From: Gekko japonicus
Lineage: Eukaryota
DNA: 64,000 bases
Assembly: GCF_001447785.1 (NCBI RefSeq)
Contig: NW_015172008.1
Span: forward strand, 124,001-188,000
Direction: 5' to 3'
Positions 12,338 to 23,824 of this stretch are shown piece by piece; the first letter of the stretch is position 1, and every line of letters starts with the position of its first letter. The position numbers and the translations under genes were made by a program. The notes beneath the pieces are model-generated. The model was not told where the DNA came from. It was given only the letters and a program-made list of their open reading frames with translations, and made no database searches.

Positions 12338-12551
12338 CTGCAAAAAACCCCTATAAGTCAGCTTAGTAGACCTGGCTTTGTAAATATCTCACTCACAAAT
12401 AATAAATGGAGATTTCCTTAACGCCTTTTAGCTTCTTCCGGCATACTAGAGTAAATTGTGGGACTGATTGGAATATCAAGGCGATTGCCAAACAAAGTGG
12501 GAGCACGACTTTATCTGTTGCTTATCTGCTAATGTCTTGCTTATCTGTTAG

Positions 12552-12741
12552 TTATGCTAATGTGAAGAAGTGCAGCAATGAGGGCCGTGCCTTGATGCAG
12601 CTGGACTTCCAGCAATTTTTAATGAAACTGGAAAAGCTCACGGATATTAGACCAATTCCAGATAAGGAATTTGTTGAGACTTACATCAAAGCTTATTATC
12701 TGACTGAAAACGACATGGAACGCTGGATCAAGGAGCACAGG
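12552..12741 (+). CDS. VPS50: VPS50 penultimate coding exon
   Basis: TTAG acceptor and GTAAGA donor; 190 nt. Encodes [63 protein letters not shown]. Confidence 0.97.
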
Positions 12742-14039
12742 GTAAGAACTGATCTTTGGCTTCTCATGCTGGATAGGAGTGCAGAGGAGGGAAGAATGTG
12801 CTGAAGTAGAAATGCAGCCCGCTAATCTAATCCTCTCCCCCCCACACACATTTACTTAAATTGTCACAAAGGTGGAAGCCATTTCCTACTCTGAGCATGA
12901 TTGAACCTATAATTTCCAGTGATACAATAATTTCCAATCTAAAGTATCTATTGTACTGATACTGTGATGCTGGGTTCTCGAGCAACAGGGAGGAATAGTC
13001 ATCGCAGGGAACAGCTTATTGACGTTTTATTCATTTACTGCATTTCAATGCTGCTTTCCCCCCCTGAAGGGACCCAAAGAAGATCGTACAAAACTTACCA
13101 ACCTACAGTTTACCAGTTCAAAGGAATAATACAGTTTAACAAGATACGCACATCCCAGGCTGGTCCTAACTGATGACACAAGGTCCAGGCTGTGAGCCAC
13201 GGGTTTAGCAGCCAAGAATCCTTTGGCTCCTGCTCTTCAGCTTGTACTTTCTGGCCCCAGTTTAATACCTGCAAGGAGAGGAAAACAAGCTTAGCTGCCA
13301 GCAAGTTCTGCCTCACTCCCCCCCCCCAATGTGTTTGGTGTAAAACTCTTTTTTCATAGCGCCCTCTAAATCTTTTACAGTGGTAGTGGTACCTACTTAG
13401 TCTCCCAGAATAGCACATGCTGCTAAATAAGGTGTTTATGTCTGAAATGCATTGGCCTCATTATCGTAAATTCCAGGGGTTTATGATGCTGCTTTTCAAT
13501 TAAGTAACAGCAAGATGCCACCTACTGCTGTTTCTATCTATGATGCTAAGAAAAGGGCCTTTTTATGAATCATTCTTGGTTATTTTCAGCTATTTTGTCA
13601 CAAGTAGAGGGTCTTCGGTTATGTTATTAAGCAATTAATATTCACTTCAGATTTTTGACATTGCTGGTACAATCTAACAGTAAGAAATTACAGAGAAAAA
13701 TAATTTATTTGTAAGAAAATAACTTCATAGCACATGGCTTCCCACCTTGATCTATCCATAGCATTCTGTTACAGTAATCTACTGGTATGGGTCACACATT
13801 CCTATTACAGTTTTGATATGAAAATATACAAAACCCATAACGAAACAAACTTATTGTAACCTCGGTAAGCCACAATAAAATCTCTTCTAATGAAAAGGAA
13901 TTTCATGTTCTGTCTTCCACATAGCTACGTTTAACTTATTAAGCCTCTTTGAAAGTACATTTCTTGAAGTTGAGGCCACAGCCAGTGAGGCCCTGCTTTA
14001 CTTATATTAAACCATCCTGTTCGAAGTGGACTTTCAGTA

Positions 14040-16990
14040 TTTATTTTATTTATTTATTTTATTTCATTTATTTCATTTATACCCCGCCTTCCCTAAACGC
14101 GGGCTCAGGGCTGCTTACACAGGCACAAAAGTGCGATAAAAATACAACAAGTTAAAACAATTAAGGCACAAGTGCAGTAAAAGTCAACAGTTAAAAGAGT
14201 TTAGGCAAAAATGCACATCTCACAGGATACATAATGACTACAATACTTACTCCCTATTGCATATCCCAATGGGATCAAAAGGGGGGGGATGCCATGGGCC
14301 ACGATATTTCAGCTGGCCAGTCAGCCCAACGCGGNNNNNNNNNNNNNNNNNNNNNNNNNNNNNNNNNNNNNNNNNNNTCGCCACCGCCCTCTCAATCAGT
14401 TTGCCCAAATAGGGCAAATTGGACACCGGCCGATAGCTGGCCAATTCAGTCGGGTCCAGAGTTGGCTTTTTCAGGAGAGGGCGGACCATCGCTTCCTTGA
14501 GTGCCTCGGGGAACCGCCCCTCCGAAAGGGACTTGTTGATAATCTCCCTCAAGGCACCTCGAAACCCCTCGTGGCCCGCTTTAATGAGCCAGGAGGGGCA
14601 CGGATCAAGGCTGCAAGTGGTTGGACGCACAGATACAAGCACTCTATCAACTTCCTCCAGGCTGAGCCAGTCAAAGCCCTCCAAACGCGGTGAAACCGTG
14701 CAAGGGGCCTGAAGTTCACATACTGTATCAACTGTGGCGCATCCAATTCATTCTGTTCCCAAGACTTTATCCGCAAAATAGCTCGCAAAAGTCTCACAGC
14801 CAGTATCCAATTCCCTACTGTTTTGTCTGCCCTGTGGCAGAGCTGACAATGATCGAATCGTTCTGAATAATTGGGCCGGGCATGAGCTAGTGGACGCAAC
14901 CCTAGCTGCGTAGTAATCTCTCTTTGCAGCCTTGACTGCCATCTCATAGGATGTTCTTGTGGCCTCGTCGCGAGCTCGGTGCCACCGTCTCTCCAACTGT
15001 CTGAGCTCCAGTTTCATAAGCCGCAATCCCTGGGTATACCGGGGGCCAGCTTAGAGCGAAGGCGCAGAGGGTGCCGGGGAGCAATCACGTCGATGGCTGT
15101 AGAAAGTCGGCTATGCCAGACATCCACTAGCTCATCCAACGAGCCGTCGGGGCATCGGATCCCGCAGAGCCATCTGAAGCCGCACAGGCTCCATGGGCAA
15201 GCTAAAATCCTCTCGCCGCCTAAACAGGGTCGTGGCGGGACATTTGCACGAGCCTTCAGGGCATAGTGGTCCAACCATGGTACCGCTTTCGCAGTAATCC
15301 GGTCCACCGTAATCCCCGCTGCAAAGATTAAATCGAGCGTGTGACCAGGCTGGTGCGTGGGGGTCGATACCCATTGGGAGAGTCCTAGCAATGCCATGGA
15401 CGCCACTAGGTCCATAGCCCGACTAGAGGCCGTGTCATCGGCATGGACATTGAAGTCACCCAAGACTAAAAGCCTAGGGTGCTCCAGCGCCCAGCCTGCT
15501 ACGGCCTCCAGTAGGGACGGCAGACTACTGGCCGGTGCGTTAGGCGGACGGTACACCAGCCAGATTGGCAAACTCTCCTCAGCCTCCAGCACCAGACCAA
15601 CACATTCTAAGCCTGCAATCTCCACCATAGGGAGCGCCCTGAAGGAGTAAGCCTCTCGTACAAATATCGCCACTCCTCCCCCCCGCCCCCTATTCCGTAA
15701 TTGGTGTAGGACCGAAAAACCAGGTGGGGCAAGCTGGGTGAGAGCTACAGTCTCCCCTTCCCGCACCCAGGTCTTGGTCACGCAAGCCAGGTCAGCCTGT
15801 TTTTCTGTAATGAAGTCCCTAAGGACCATTGTTTTATTGTTAATAGACCTGGCATTGCACAACACCAATGTCGGAGGGGGGTTCCTAATCCTAGCCCCAC
15901 TGCCATCATCCTTTGGGATGGGTTGCAGGCTAGAAGGGTGCTGAGCCCTTTTGTTTCTCAGCACCCTTCCCATACACCGTGGCCGGGACCCCCTGCTATA
16001 CTTTCCCCTCCCAAAGAGCACTGGAATCTGTTGTGTTGGCATTGCTGCCATTGGCCGGTCCACGCTGCAGCTCCAGACCGCCAATAACAGTTAATCAGCC
16101 GTCCTCCCAGTACTGTTCCCACCCCACTGGTATACAATATATCCTCACGCTCTGCTATACAATAGTGTTCACAATAGCGTACACGGCTGTAGTAAAAGAA
16201 ACAAAAGAAACCTAGCCACTCTTACACCCACATTCAACACTACTCACAACCAGTCTCTCTACCACTCCCCTCAACATCAATAGCAGGCTATTTAATCATT
16301 CTTACATGCATCCAGACAACATCCACATATCCACACACCTAATGGCATTCGCGGTTGAGCCCACCACCATCACAGGAGGCAGAATAGAATCACTCTCCTC
16401 CCTGCTGAAAGATCTTCTACTCTTGGGCTTGGTCGTAATCTCCCACTAGGGGCACTGGCTGATCTTTAAGGTAACTGCCCCTAGGCGTGCTCCACAGTCC
16501 TACTTCTCCTTCGACGTAACCAGCCTCCTCTGTTGTAAACAACCTCCTCCCCTGCAGACTGCCTCCTGATTGTCCCAGGCAGTCCAAAGAGGGGGGGAAT
16601 CCCACCCCAAGCTCATCGCTGCCGACTGCAGAGTTGTCTCCGGCACTCCCTTCTCCCGTGCCTGGTCTCCGCTGGGTCAGCAATGGTCGCCGCAGCCACA
16701 GCAATCACGGGGCACTCCAATGGGGCAGCCGCCGCACAAACAGCCGCACCAGCAATGCCCCGAGTGCTCTGCGGCCTGTCCCTGTGCCCGCAGCACCAAA
16801 CACCCCAGAAACAAGGGGGCGGACAGTCCAAAGCGATCCATGCGCTGTTCTTCCGCTTCCCCCGTCCGCACCGCTTCCACGGCCGATGTTGCTGAGCCCA
16901 CACCGTCCCAGACCCCCAAAGGTAGGTGTCCGGGACTGTCGTTACGCTGCGCCGCAGCTCTGCAGCTCCACCAAGGCTTCTCCAGGGCGA
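14040..16990 (-). mobile_element. L2-clade LINE, near full length, antisense in last VPS50 intron (RT core lost at an assembly gap)
   Basis: APE endonuclease motifs (CNARSINNK, RGGGVA, LGDFNVH, HTLDLIF, DHY) at 15014-16084. RT N-terminus (SLDPCPSWL, YRPVSNLPYLGKLIER) at about 14380-14684. (TAAA)n-type tail at about 14040-14080; GC-rich 5' region. Confidence 0.9.
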
Positions 16991-18478
16991 ACGGGATAAA
17001 AACACGGTCACAGTCTGAGTCAACAGCCTTTGCTGTTGAACTTAGCACACAGAAGTGCTACAGCCTATATGGTGGCTGACCAGAAATATTTTTAAAGTAA
17101 TGTGATCCTCTAGAAGAAAAACAGAAGGGGAAGTTTCCTACAAACATGGCTTCTCAACCATACAGACAAACTTGGAGGCTAATCTTTCCATGCGCCTTTG
17201 ATCATGCAATAGAATTGTCATTAATTAGCAGCGAGCTGGTGGAATATGCTGAGTGGTAATAGTCCGGAGAGCAATACCATATGTTGCACCTGGAAGCCCT
17301 GGGAACAGAATGAATTGGATGTGCTAGGACTGTGTTTAGTTTTTCTCACTTGATGAGACATCTGAGGAACAAAATGCAGAGACACTAGAAGGTCACCAGT
17401 TAATCATTGGATAAAAAAAAGTCTAAACTAAACTGCAAATTTTACTCCCTGTGCTTGCCAAAAAAAATTAAATTAAAAGAAGAAACTGGGGTAATAAAAG
17501 AGATCTTCAAAAACAGACATAAATATGTCATGTACTACACCATCTACAAACCATGCAAAGACCATGCCAGAACCTAAATAGCTTTATAGCTGTGTGGGTA
17601 TAGGTGGAGTGTATGGCTATTTTGGTATGTATTCCATAGGTGCCTATTGCATTTTGTAAACAATAAAAGTTAAAGGCCTAGTCAGTGCCATCATGGGCTC
17701 ATTGGAGCTTTGGATGGTTGCAGTGTCAAAACTTCCAAAATGACACACTGAATTTGTAAATCTGGATCACCCTTTGTTTCTCTATAGCTAGACTTTTATT
17801 TTTCTTGGATAGGAACTTTCACATTTTCAGCCCTCTTCCAAGCACAAAAGAAATGTTAAAAGCTGTTAGTCTTTACCTCTGTTAATCATTCAGATGTTCT
17901 GGCAGTGTCTAACAGCAAGGCTCTGTTTGAAGAGGCAGTTGTTTCCTGGCACACCTCACTGTTTTGTAGCAGTTAACCATTTTTCCAACTTTTGTTGTTG
18001 TTTTTTTTTTGCAGTTACAAATTTTGTGTTTCTTTTGATCTGATATAATGTTGCTAATTTGTTCTCCAATCCTTTAGCTAAAGGTAAATCGGAAATATGA
18101 GCTGGAGTCCTAAAAACGGATTTGTTGAGACAGCATTTTTAAGTGTCTGTTTTCGTAGTTATTTTCAATCTTAGCCAGCTTTTTCATATTTTCCCCCAAA
18201 GAATGGCAAATAAATTTTTATGTGCCTTAAGACGTTTAAATTCTTGCAAACTTGCATTCTGTCCAGCACTTGACTCACTTCCATAATAATGTGCCATACT
18301 TGTAGTAGAACACTACCTTTTAGCTTTATGACCACAAATAGTAGCCACACGTGGCATTTAGTATTTCTTTAGGAAGTGACAGGTTATTTGTATGGTGAAA
18401 AATGGATTTGGACCCTGTCTTTTTCCTAGACTCTTCATTTTGCTTGAATCTAAACTTATTTATTTTCTTTTTGACCAG

Positions 18479-18598
18479 GAATATTCTACGAAGCAATTGA
18501 ACAACCTGGTGAATGTTTGTCTGGGATCACACATCAACAAAAAAGCAAGACAGAAACTGGTAGCGGCTATTGATGACATAGATAGGCCTAAAAGATAA
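18479..18598 (+). CDS. VPS50: VPS50 terminal coding exon
   Basis: ACCAG acceptor. Encodes [39 protein letters not shown] followed by TAA, matching the recalled VPS50 C-terminus. Confidence 0.97.
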   Translation, partial: EYSTKQLNNLVNVCLGSHINKKARQKLVAAIDDIDRPKR

Positions 18599-18840
18599 TC
18601 AGTTTCCAGTCTTGTGATTATTTTGGCCAGCTGTTAATGTGAATAGACTGCTGATGGGTAAATGACAATGTGAATATCCATTTCCTGTTGGCTTTGGAAG
18701 CACTCCAAAATCAGTGTGTGGTCTTCTCAGATACAATTTTTATAATGTCTTTTTCTCCCCCTGCTTCTCTTTGTGGCCAAGAGGGCACTATTGCACCATT
18801 TTTGGCTGTACATTTGTCTTAATTGTGTATTATATGGCTA

Positions 18841-18846
18841 AATAAA
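18841..18846 (+). terminator. Proximal polyadenylation signal of VPS50
   Basis: AATAAA with upstream TGTA motifs and a downstream GT/T-rich tract (GTTGGTGGTTTTATGTTTTT). Confidence 0.6.
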
Positions 18847-19102
18847 AATGTAGAAGGAAATATGCTGAGTTAATATATTTAGTTGGTGGTTTTATGTTTT
18901 TAATTTTTGTTAAGGAACTACTGATTTAATAGACTTTCCTCCAGCATTGAGAATCCCCTTTGTTACAAACTAAAGAAAGCCTGGTACAGAGAATTCAGAT
19001 TATGAATTGTGCATGTCCTTTAAGAGTATGTACATCAGCAAAACATTACTGTCATATTTAAGCCCTGTTGCCTTTCGGTGTACCACAAATTATGGAAAAG
19101 TT

Positions 19103-19108
19103 AATAAA
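19103..19108 (+). terminator. Distal polyadenylation signal of VPS50
   Basis: AATAAA with upstream TGTA motifs and downstream GTGTGTAGTGGATGTGTGCTGTTCTTGGTT. Confidence 0.6.
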
Positions 19109-19146
19109 CAGTGTACAGTAGTGTGTAGTGGATGTGTGCTGTTCTT

Positions 19147-19427
19147 GGTTGATGTAGTGGTTAGGAGCATGGACTCTAATCTGGGAGAACCGGGTTTGAT
19201 TCCGCACTCCTGCACATGCAGCTGCTGGTGTGACCTTGGGTCAGTCAAAAGTTGTTTCAGAGCTGTTCTCTCACGAGCAGTTCTCAAAAGAGCTCTCTGA
19301 GCCCTACCTACCTTGCATGGTGTTTGTTGTGGGGAGGGGAAGGAAAAGGAGATTCTAAGTCGCTCTGAGACTCCTTTGGATTTTTATCCTGCCTTTCATT
19401 ACCCAATCTCTTCTTCTTCTTCTTCTT
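19147..19427 (+). mobile_element. tRNA-derived SINE (Squam3-like) with internal microinversion
   Basis: A/B boxes, a body homologous to 42206-42452, and a (CTT)n tail. Confidence 0.85.
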
Positions 19428-20589
19428 TTAGCACTTGTATGCTCTGGCTTTATGTGACATTAAAATATTCACCATAAGATGGTTGGAAGGGCCCTCAGCC
19501 CAATCTCACCATGTACCTGTGTACTTCCAGCAGGATTCTGCTGCCCAGCTTTCCAATGCAGCTGGTTTTCCATTATGAAAATCATGAGGTACATGGAACC
19601 GATGTCTGCAGCATCCACCACTTCTCTGAGTATTTCAGCTCCAGGAACAGGCACCATTGGAAGATTACTCAAAATTTCTGTAACTGCTGCATCTCCAGTA
19701 GAAGACTTCCTTGTCCAAGAGAACACAACAGCTGGAATGCAGCTGGGATGATAAGAATGTAGATAGTAAGGCAGAAAAGCCCCACTGGACTCAGTGTGGT
19801 AGAGATAGCTTAAGAGGCTACGCCATCACTGGCCGTGCTGCATTTTTCTCTTCCCCTTGTCCTCCCTTATCAGATCGCTGTGCGGGGCTGTATAATATAG
19901 ACCTGCTCAAGAGCAGTGCCTTGTGCTCTGAAGAGCTGTAGCTGGTTCCATCTTTGGCTCTCCCTGCGCCCTCCACAATTTCATCAGAATAACTGGGAGG
20001 AAGAAGGGAGGAGAAAATTGCTCACCCTCTTCAGTGAAATAGAGTGCAAAAACAAACTGTAATAGCAGGACTCTTTCTTTCTCTGTGCAATACATGGGCC
20101 TGTGTGTGCCCCAATTACTGCTGCTTCAGTCAGTTAAGTTTATATTTCCTCCCTACGGAATATCAGGCACATTGTCCTATGTCTAAGTAATAGTCTTAAC
20201 TGAAAGTGTTTCATGTCTGAATTTGACCAGGTTTTCCACTGGTTTTATAGACTTTATTTCAAAAACTACATTCATTGAGTAAAATATTTGCTTCAAAGAT
20301 AATGTAGATTCAAGATAATTCAGATCTCTTATCCTAGAATTCTTTTAACTCTGCTCACTTTTGCATCTTTTGGATCACCCCCCCCCTCAGAATTATTTTG
20401 ACAAGGAAATGAAAACAAAGACAGTATTCATGTTTCAGTTGTCAGTAACATTAGCTTATGTACTGAACTGGATCTTACAGGAAAGTGGCTAAAAGATATT
20501 AAGTGGCCTAATATCTATATGTTAGACTGTGTTTGGTACACCAAGGCACTAACTTGGAAAGTCTGTGGATAAATTGGAAAGTCTGTGGA

Positions 20590-20800
20590 GAGTTGGGGTT
20601 AGTGTGTTGAACTAGGATCTGGGAGACCCAGGTTCAAATCCCCTCTCTGCCATGGCAGTTTGCTGGGTGACCTTAGGCCAATCACACTCTCTCAGCCTGA
20701 CCTACCCTATAGGGTTGCTGTGAGGGTAAATGTAGAGGAGACTGCTTGGGTCTCTGTTGGGGAGCAAAAAAGTAGGATATAAGGGAAGTAAATACATAAA
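20590..20800 (+). mobile_element. Older tRNA-derived SINE (Squam3/Ther1-related)
   Basis: B box GGTTCAAATCC, body GCTGGGTGACCTTAGGCCAATCAC, and a (TAAA)-like tail. Confidence 0.7.
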
Positions 20801-21195
20801 TTAAAAATCAATAATTTTGCAGTCAAGACCTCTCTGCAGATAGTAACACCCACACAATGGGATCAGGCCTGAAGAGAGGGGAAGGGTTCTGCATATATGG
20901 AGAAATCCTGAGACAAGGGAAAATATGTGTTCCTCCTCTTTAGTCTTAGAATTGTGGCATTCCCTTTCAATTCATTCCAGCAGTAATGTATGTATCTGAA
21001 ATCCATCACACACTGAAAAGTTTGCAAAGGTGTCTAAAGAAGCTCCTGAACTCTCATATTTCCCGTGTCATTTTGGCCTTAGTAACCTGGCCTAATGCTG
21101 ATATGACCATCTTGTTGTGCCCCAAGCCTTTCCGCACAGTAGACTACTCAGATAAACATCAGGTATTTTGTGGGGCACCCAGTGCTTGGCCAAGA

Positions 21196-21323
21196 ACATT
21201 AAGAACCTAAGAACATAAGAGAAGCCAATGTTGGATCAGGCCAATGGCCCATCCAATCCAACACTCTGTCACACAGTGGCCAAAAATACCAGGTGCCATC
21301 AGGAGGTCCAGCAGTGGGGCCAG
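21196..21323 (-). mobile_element. CR1 3'-terminal fragment
   Basis: (TAAGAACA)n terminus. Nearly identical to 38090-38205 and to the reverse complement of 58800-58925. Confidence 0.8.
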
Positions 21324-22446
21324 TGGGGACATTGTATTCTTTGGATAGGGCTACGCACAATGGGAACTTCCCCTTTCAGTGTGAGTTGGGGTGGTTTATT
21401 CAGGTTATTCAGAAAAATAAACCTTGTTAGGGTGGTGAAATGTAAGCTGCCTTGTGGAAAGGTAGCATATGAATGGAATGAATTTTATTAAGACATCAGC
21501 TGCACGGTGCTTAGAGGAGAGACCAGCTGAGAACCACATGCAAGCTGCTTCTAGGCTCTCCAGTCAACGATTGGGATATAAATAAGAAATAACAGTCTTT
21601 TTAGCAGTTACACTCTAATAAATTGTTAACAGGGAATCAAGTGGTTGCTTTTTCTGTCTCCATTTTTAGGAAGTTCCTCTGTACATTGTAACCCAATGTT
21701 CTATAGGTTGATCAGTGTATTATATAAAACCAGTGGGGGCTTTCAAGAAACTTGCAGAGAGGAGGCATATCCACTACCTTTTCATCCGTCCCTCTCCCAC
21801 TTCTCTATTAATGTTCCTCCTCTCTCTTTCTGCCCCCACACCTTATCTATCAAGCTTTCCTCCTCCCCTGCTTTCTACCTTTACCACTTCTTTGTCAGTC
21901 TTCCCCTCACTGTCCCACCACCCCTTATCTGGCAATCTTCCCCCTTTATTCCCTCCACCTTTTCTCAATCCCCCCTCTTTTCCCACACCACCCCTTCTTC
22001 GGCAATCTCTTCATTGATTCCCCCCTCTTTTCTCTCTCAACTATAGAAGATTCAGCAGCTGTCCTTTTAAAAATCCCCCCCCAGCTTCTAATCAGTCAGA
22101 CTTCAGCAAAAAACAAAGCTGAAGGCACAGTGGGTAGGAGGATTCCTCTCACATAGCCATTTCTTCAGCGCTGCTTTTACCCCAGTCCAGCAGCACTGCT
22201 TTTTAGGGGGGTTTAACACCCATGTTTTAGCAGAGGGGGGGGTACCTTAGGTTTGGAGAAAAATCTGTCTTCTCCCCATGTGGGCTCAACCCCCCAGATA
22301 TAAGTGTCTGCAGATGAGCTCACATGTGGCTATTAGAATATACAAGAAGGGGAGACCCGCGATACTGGCAGTGGGGGGAAGGAGCTCCACGTGGAGGAGG
22401 AAGAGGAAGCAGCCGCAGGCGAGCCTTCTCCCCCGCTCCCCCCACC

Positions 22447-23175
22447 GATATCTAAATATTTGATGTAAGGTCTCACAGCTATCTTGTTAAGTGAACTTAC
22501 ATCAAATACAGGGCTCCTAATCCTGCTCACGTCCATCTGTCGTTCGACATCTAATATTCTTTGTTTTAGAACTGATCTAGCCTGATCATGACCCAAAGAC
22601 AGAATAAACTGTTTTGAAAAACCATAACAGACCAGTTTATCTTCTATCTTTTTCCGCCATGAAGGAACAAAGTTATCTTGCATCATAGTATGGGAAAGGC
22701 CAATGGGTAAAAAAATCAATTTTAACCAATAGTAAAATGCAGCAATCCACAATCTTGCCTCGACCATAACCAGGCCAGCCTCTAAACGGATTGCAGCATT
22801 TGAAACGCTTGTTGGAACTTGAAATATAGCTCTTAAAAATTTCGATTGTGTTCTTTCAAGTAAGGTCAAGTTTGTCAGGAGAGACAAAGGAGCTCCATAT
22901 AATAATTGGGGTAATACCTTTACAGTGAATAACTTAATGGCAGCTTCTAAGTTACGACCTCCTTTGGACCAGAAGAACCTTTGAATAGCTCCAGCGCTTT
23001 TCTTTGCATTAGCTGACAGGTAATCAACATGGCCTTTCATATGACCGGACGACTGAAATACAACTCCAAGGTATCTATAGCAACGAACTTGCTCAATGGT
23101 ACGAGAGTCAATAACCCATTTAAACATCCTAGGCCTATTGGCAAAAGCCATTATTTTAGTCTTCATATGCAATCA
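22447..23175 (-). mobile_element. LINE ORF2 fragment (RTE-X-like; end of RT and thumb)
   Basis: KTKIMAF..IEQVRCYRYLGV..VLPQLLYGA..LERTQSKFLRAIF..AAIRLEAGL, with about 240 uninterrupted codons. Confidence 0.8.
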
Positions 23176-23824
23176 AATTCCAGGGGTTCTTTTTATAACA
23201 GTGGAGAGACTGAAGGCCAGATCATATGACTGTCATGTGTTGTGGTGCCTAAAACATGCTTAGAATTGTTGCACTAATCTGTTTCCTGCATGGATATAGA
23301 CAATTGTGCTTTAAGAACACTGCTGGGCTCCCTCACTTAGACTGACTTGTAATAGCCTGCAAGAAGTCCAGTCCTTTCTGTGGTGCCACCTAGAGTCTGA
23401 CTTCTACACGGTTCTGTGGGCAGTGATTTCGAGCAGATTTTCAGCATCCTCCATACACCCAAAGATCAAGTGAAAAGGCTCCAAGTCCATAAACTTAGGA
23501 AGGATGAATGGCAGCCGAGATGTTGGTGGAAATGTTGCCCTTGGCTTCAGAAGGGCCAGGATGTTGTTCTAGAATTCAGTGGGAAAGTGACTAATGGGGG
23601 GAACGGTTCCTTCACCCTTGGCACAGTTGTGCAGAGGCAGCACCAAGGCGGTTCTTTTGTCAGCTACAGTGCATGACATTTCACTCAGAAGTGGGAACCA
23701 AAACAAAGGGAACCGGGATTTTTTGAAACAATCTTCAGACCAGGAAAACCTCAAGACAGATTTTTTTAAAAAATAATAATCCTGCTTCTGTAGTATCCAG
23801 TGTTACAAAATAGAAGCTGTGATT

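Noticed and set aside
12406-12804. 132-aa ORF as a standalone gene or extended exon
   Set aside because: Only 12552-12741 matches VPS50 and has splice sites. The rest is intronic read-through.
16417-17079. Several overlapping ORFs of 70-169 aa
   Set aside because: This is the GC-rich 5' region of the L2, where stop codons are scarce. No recognisable domain.
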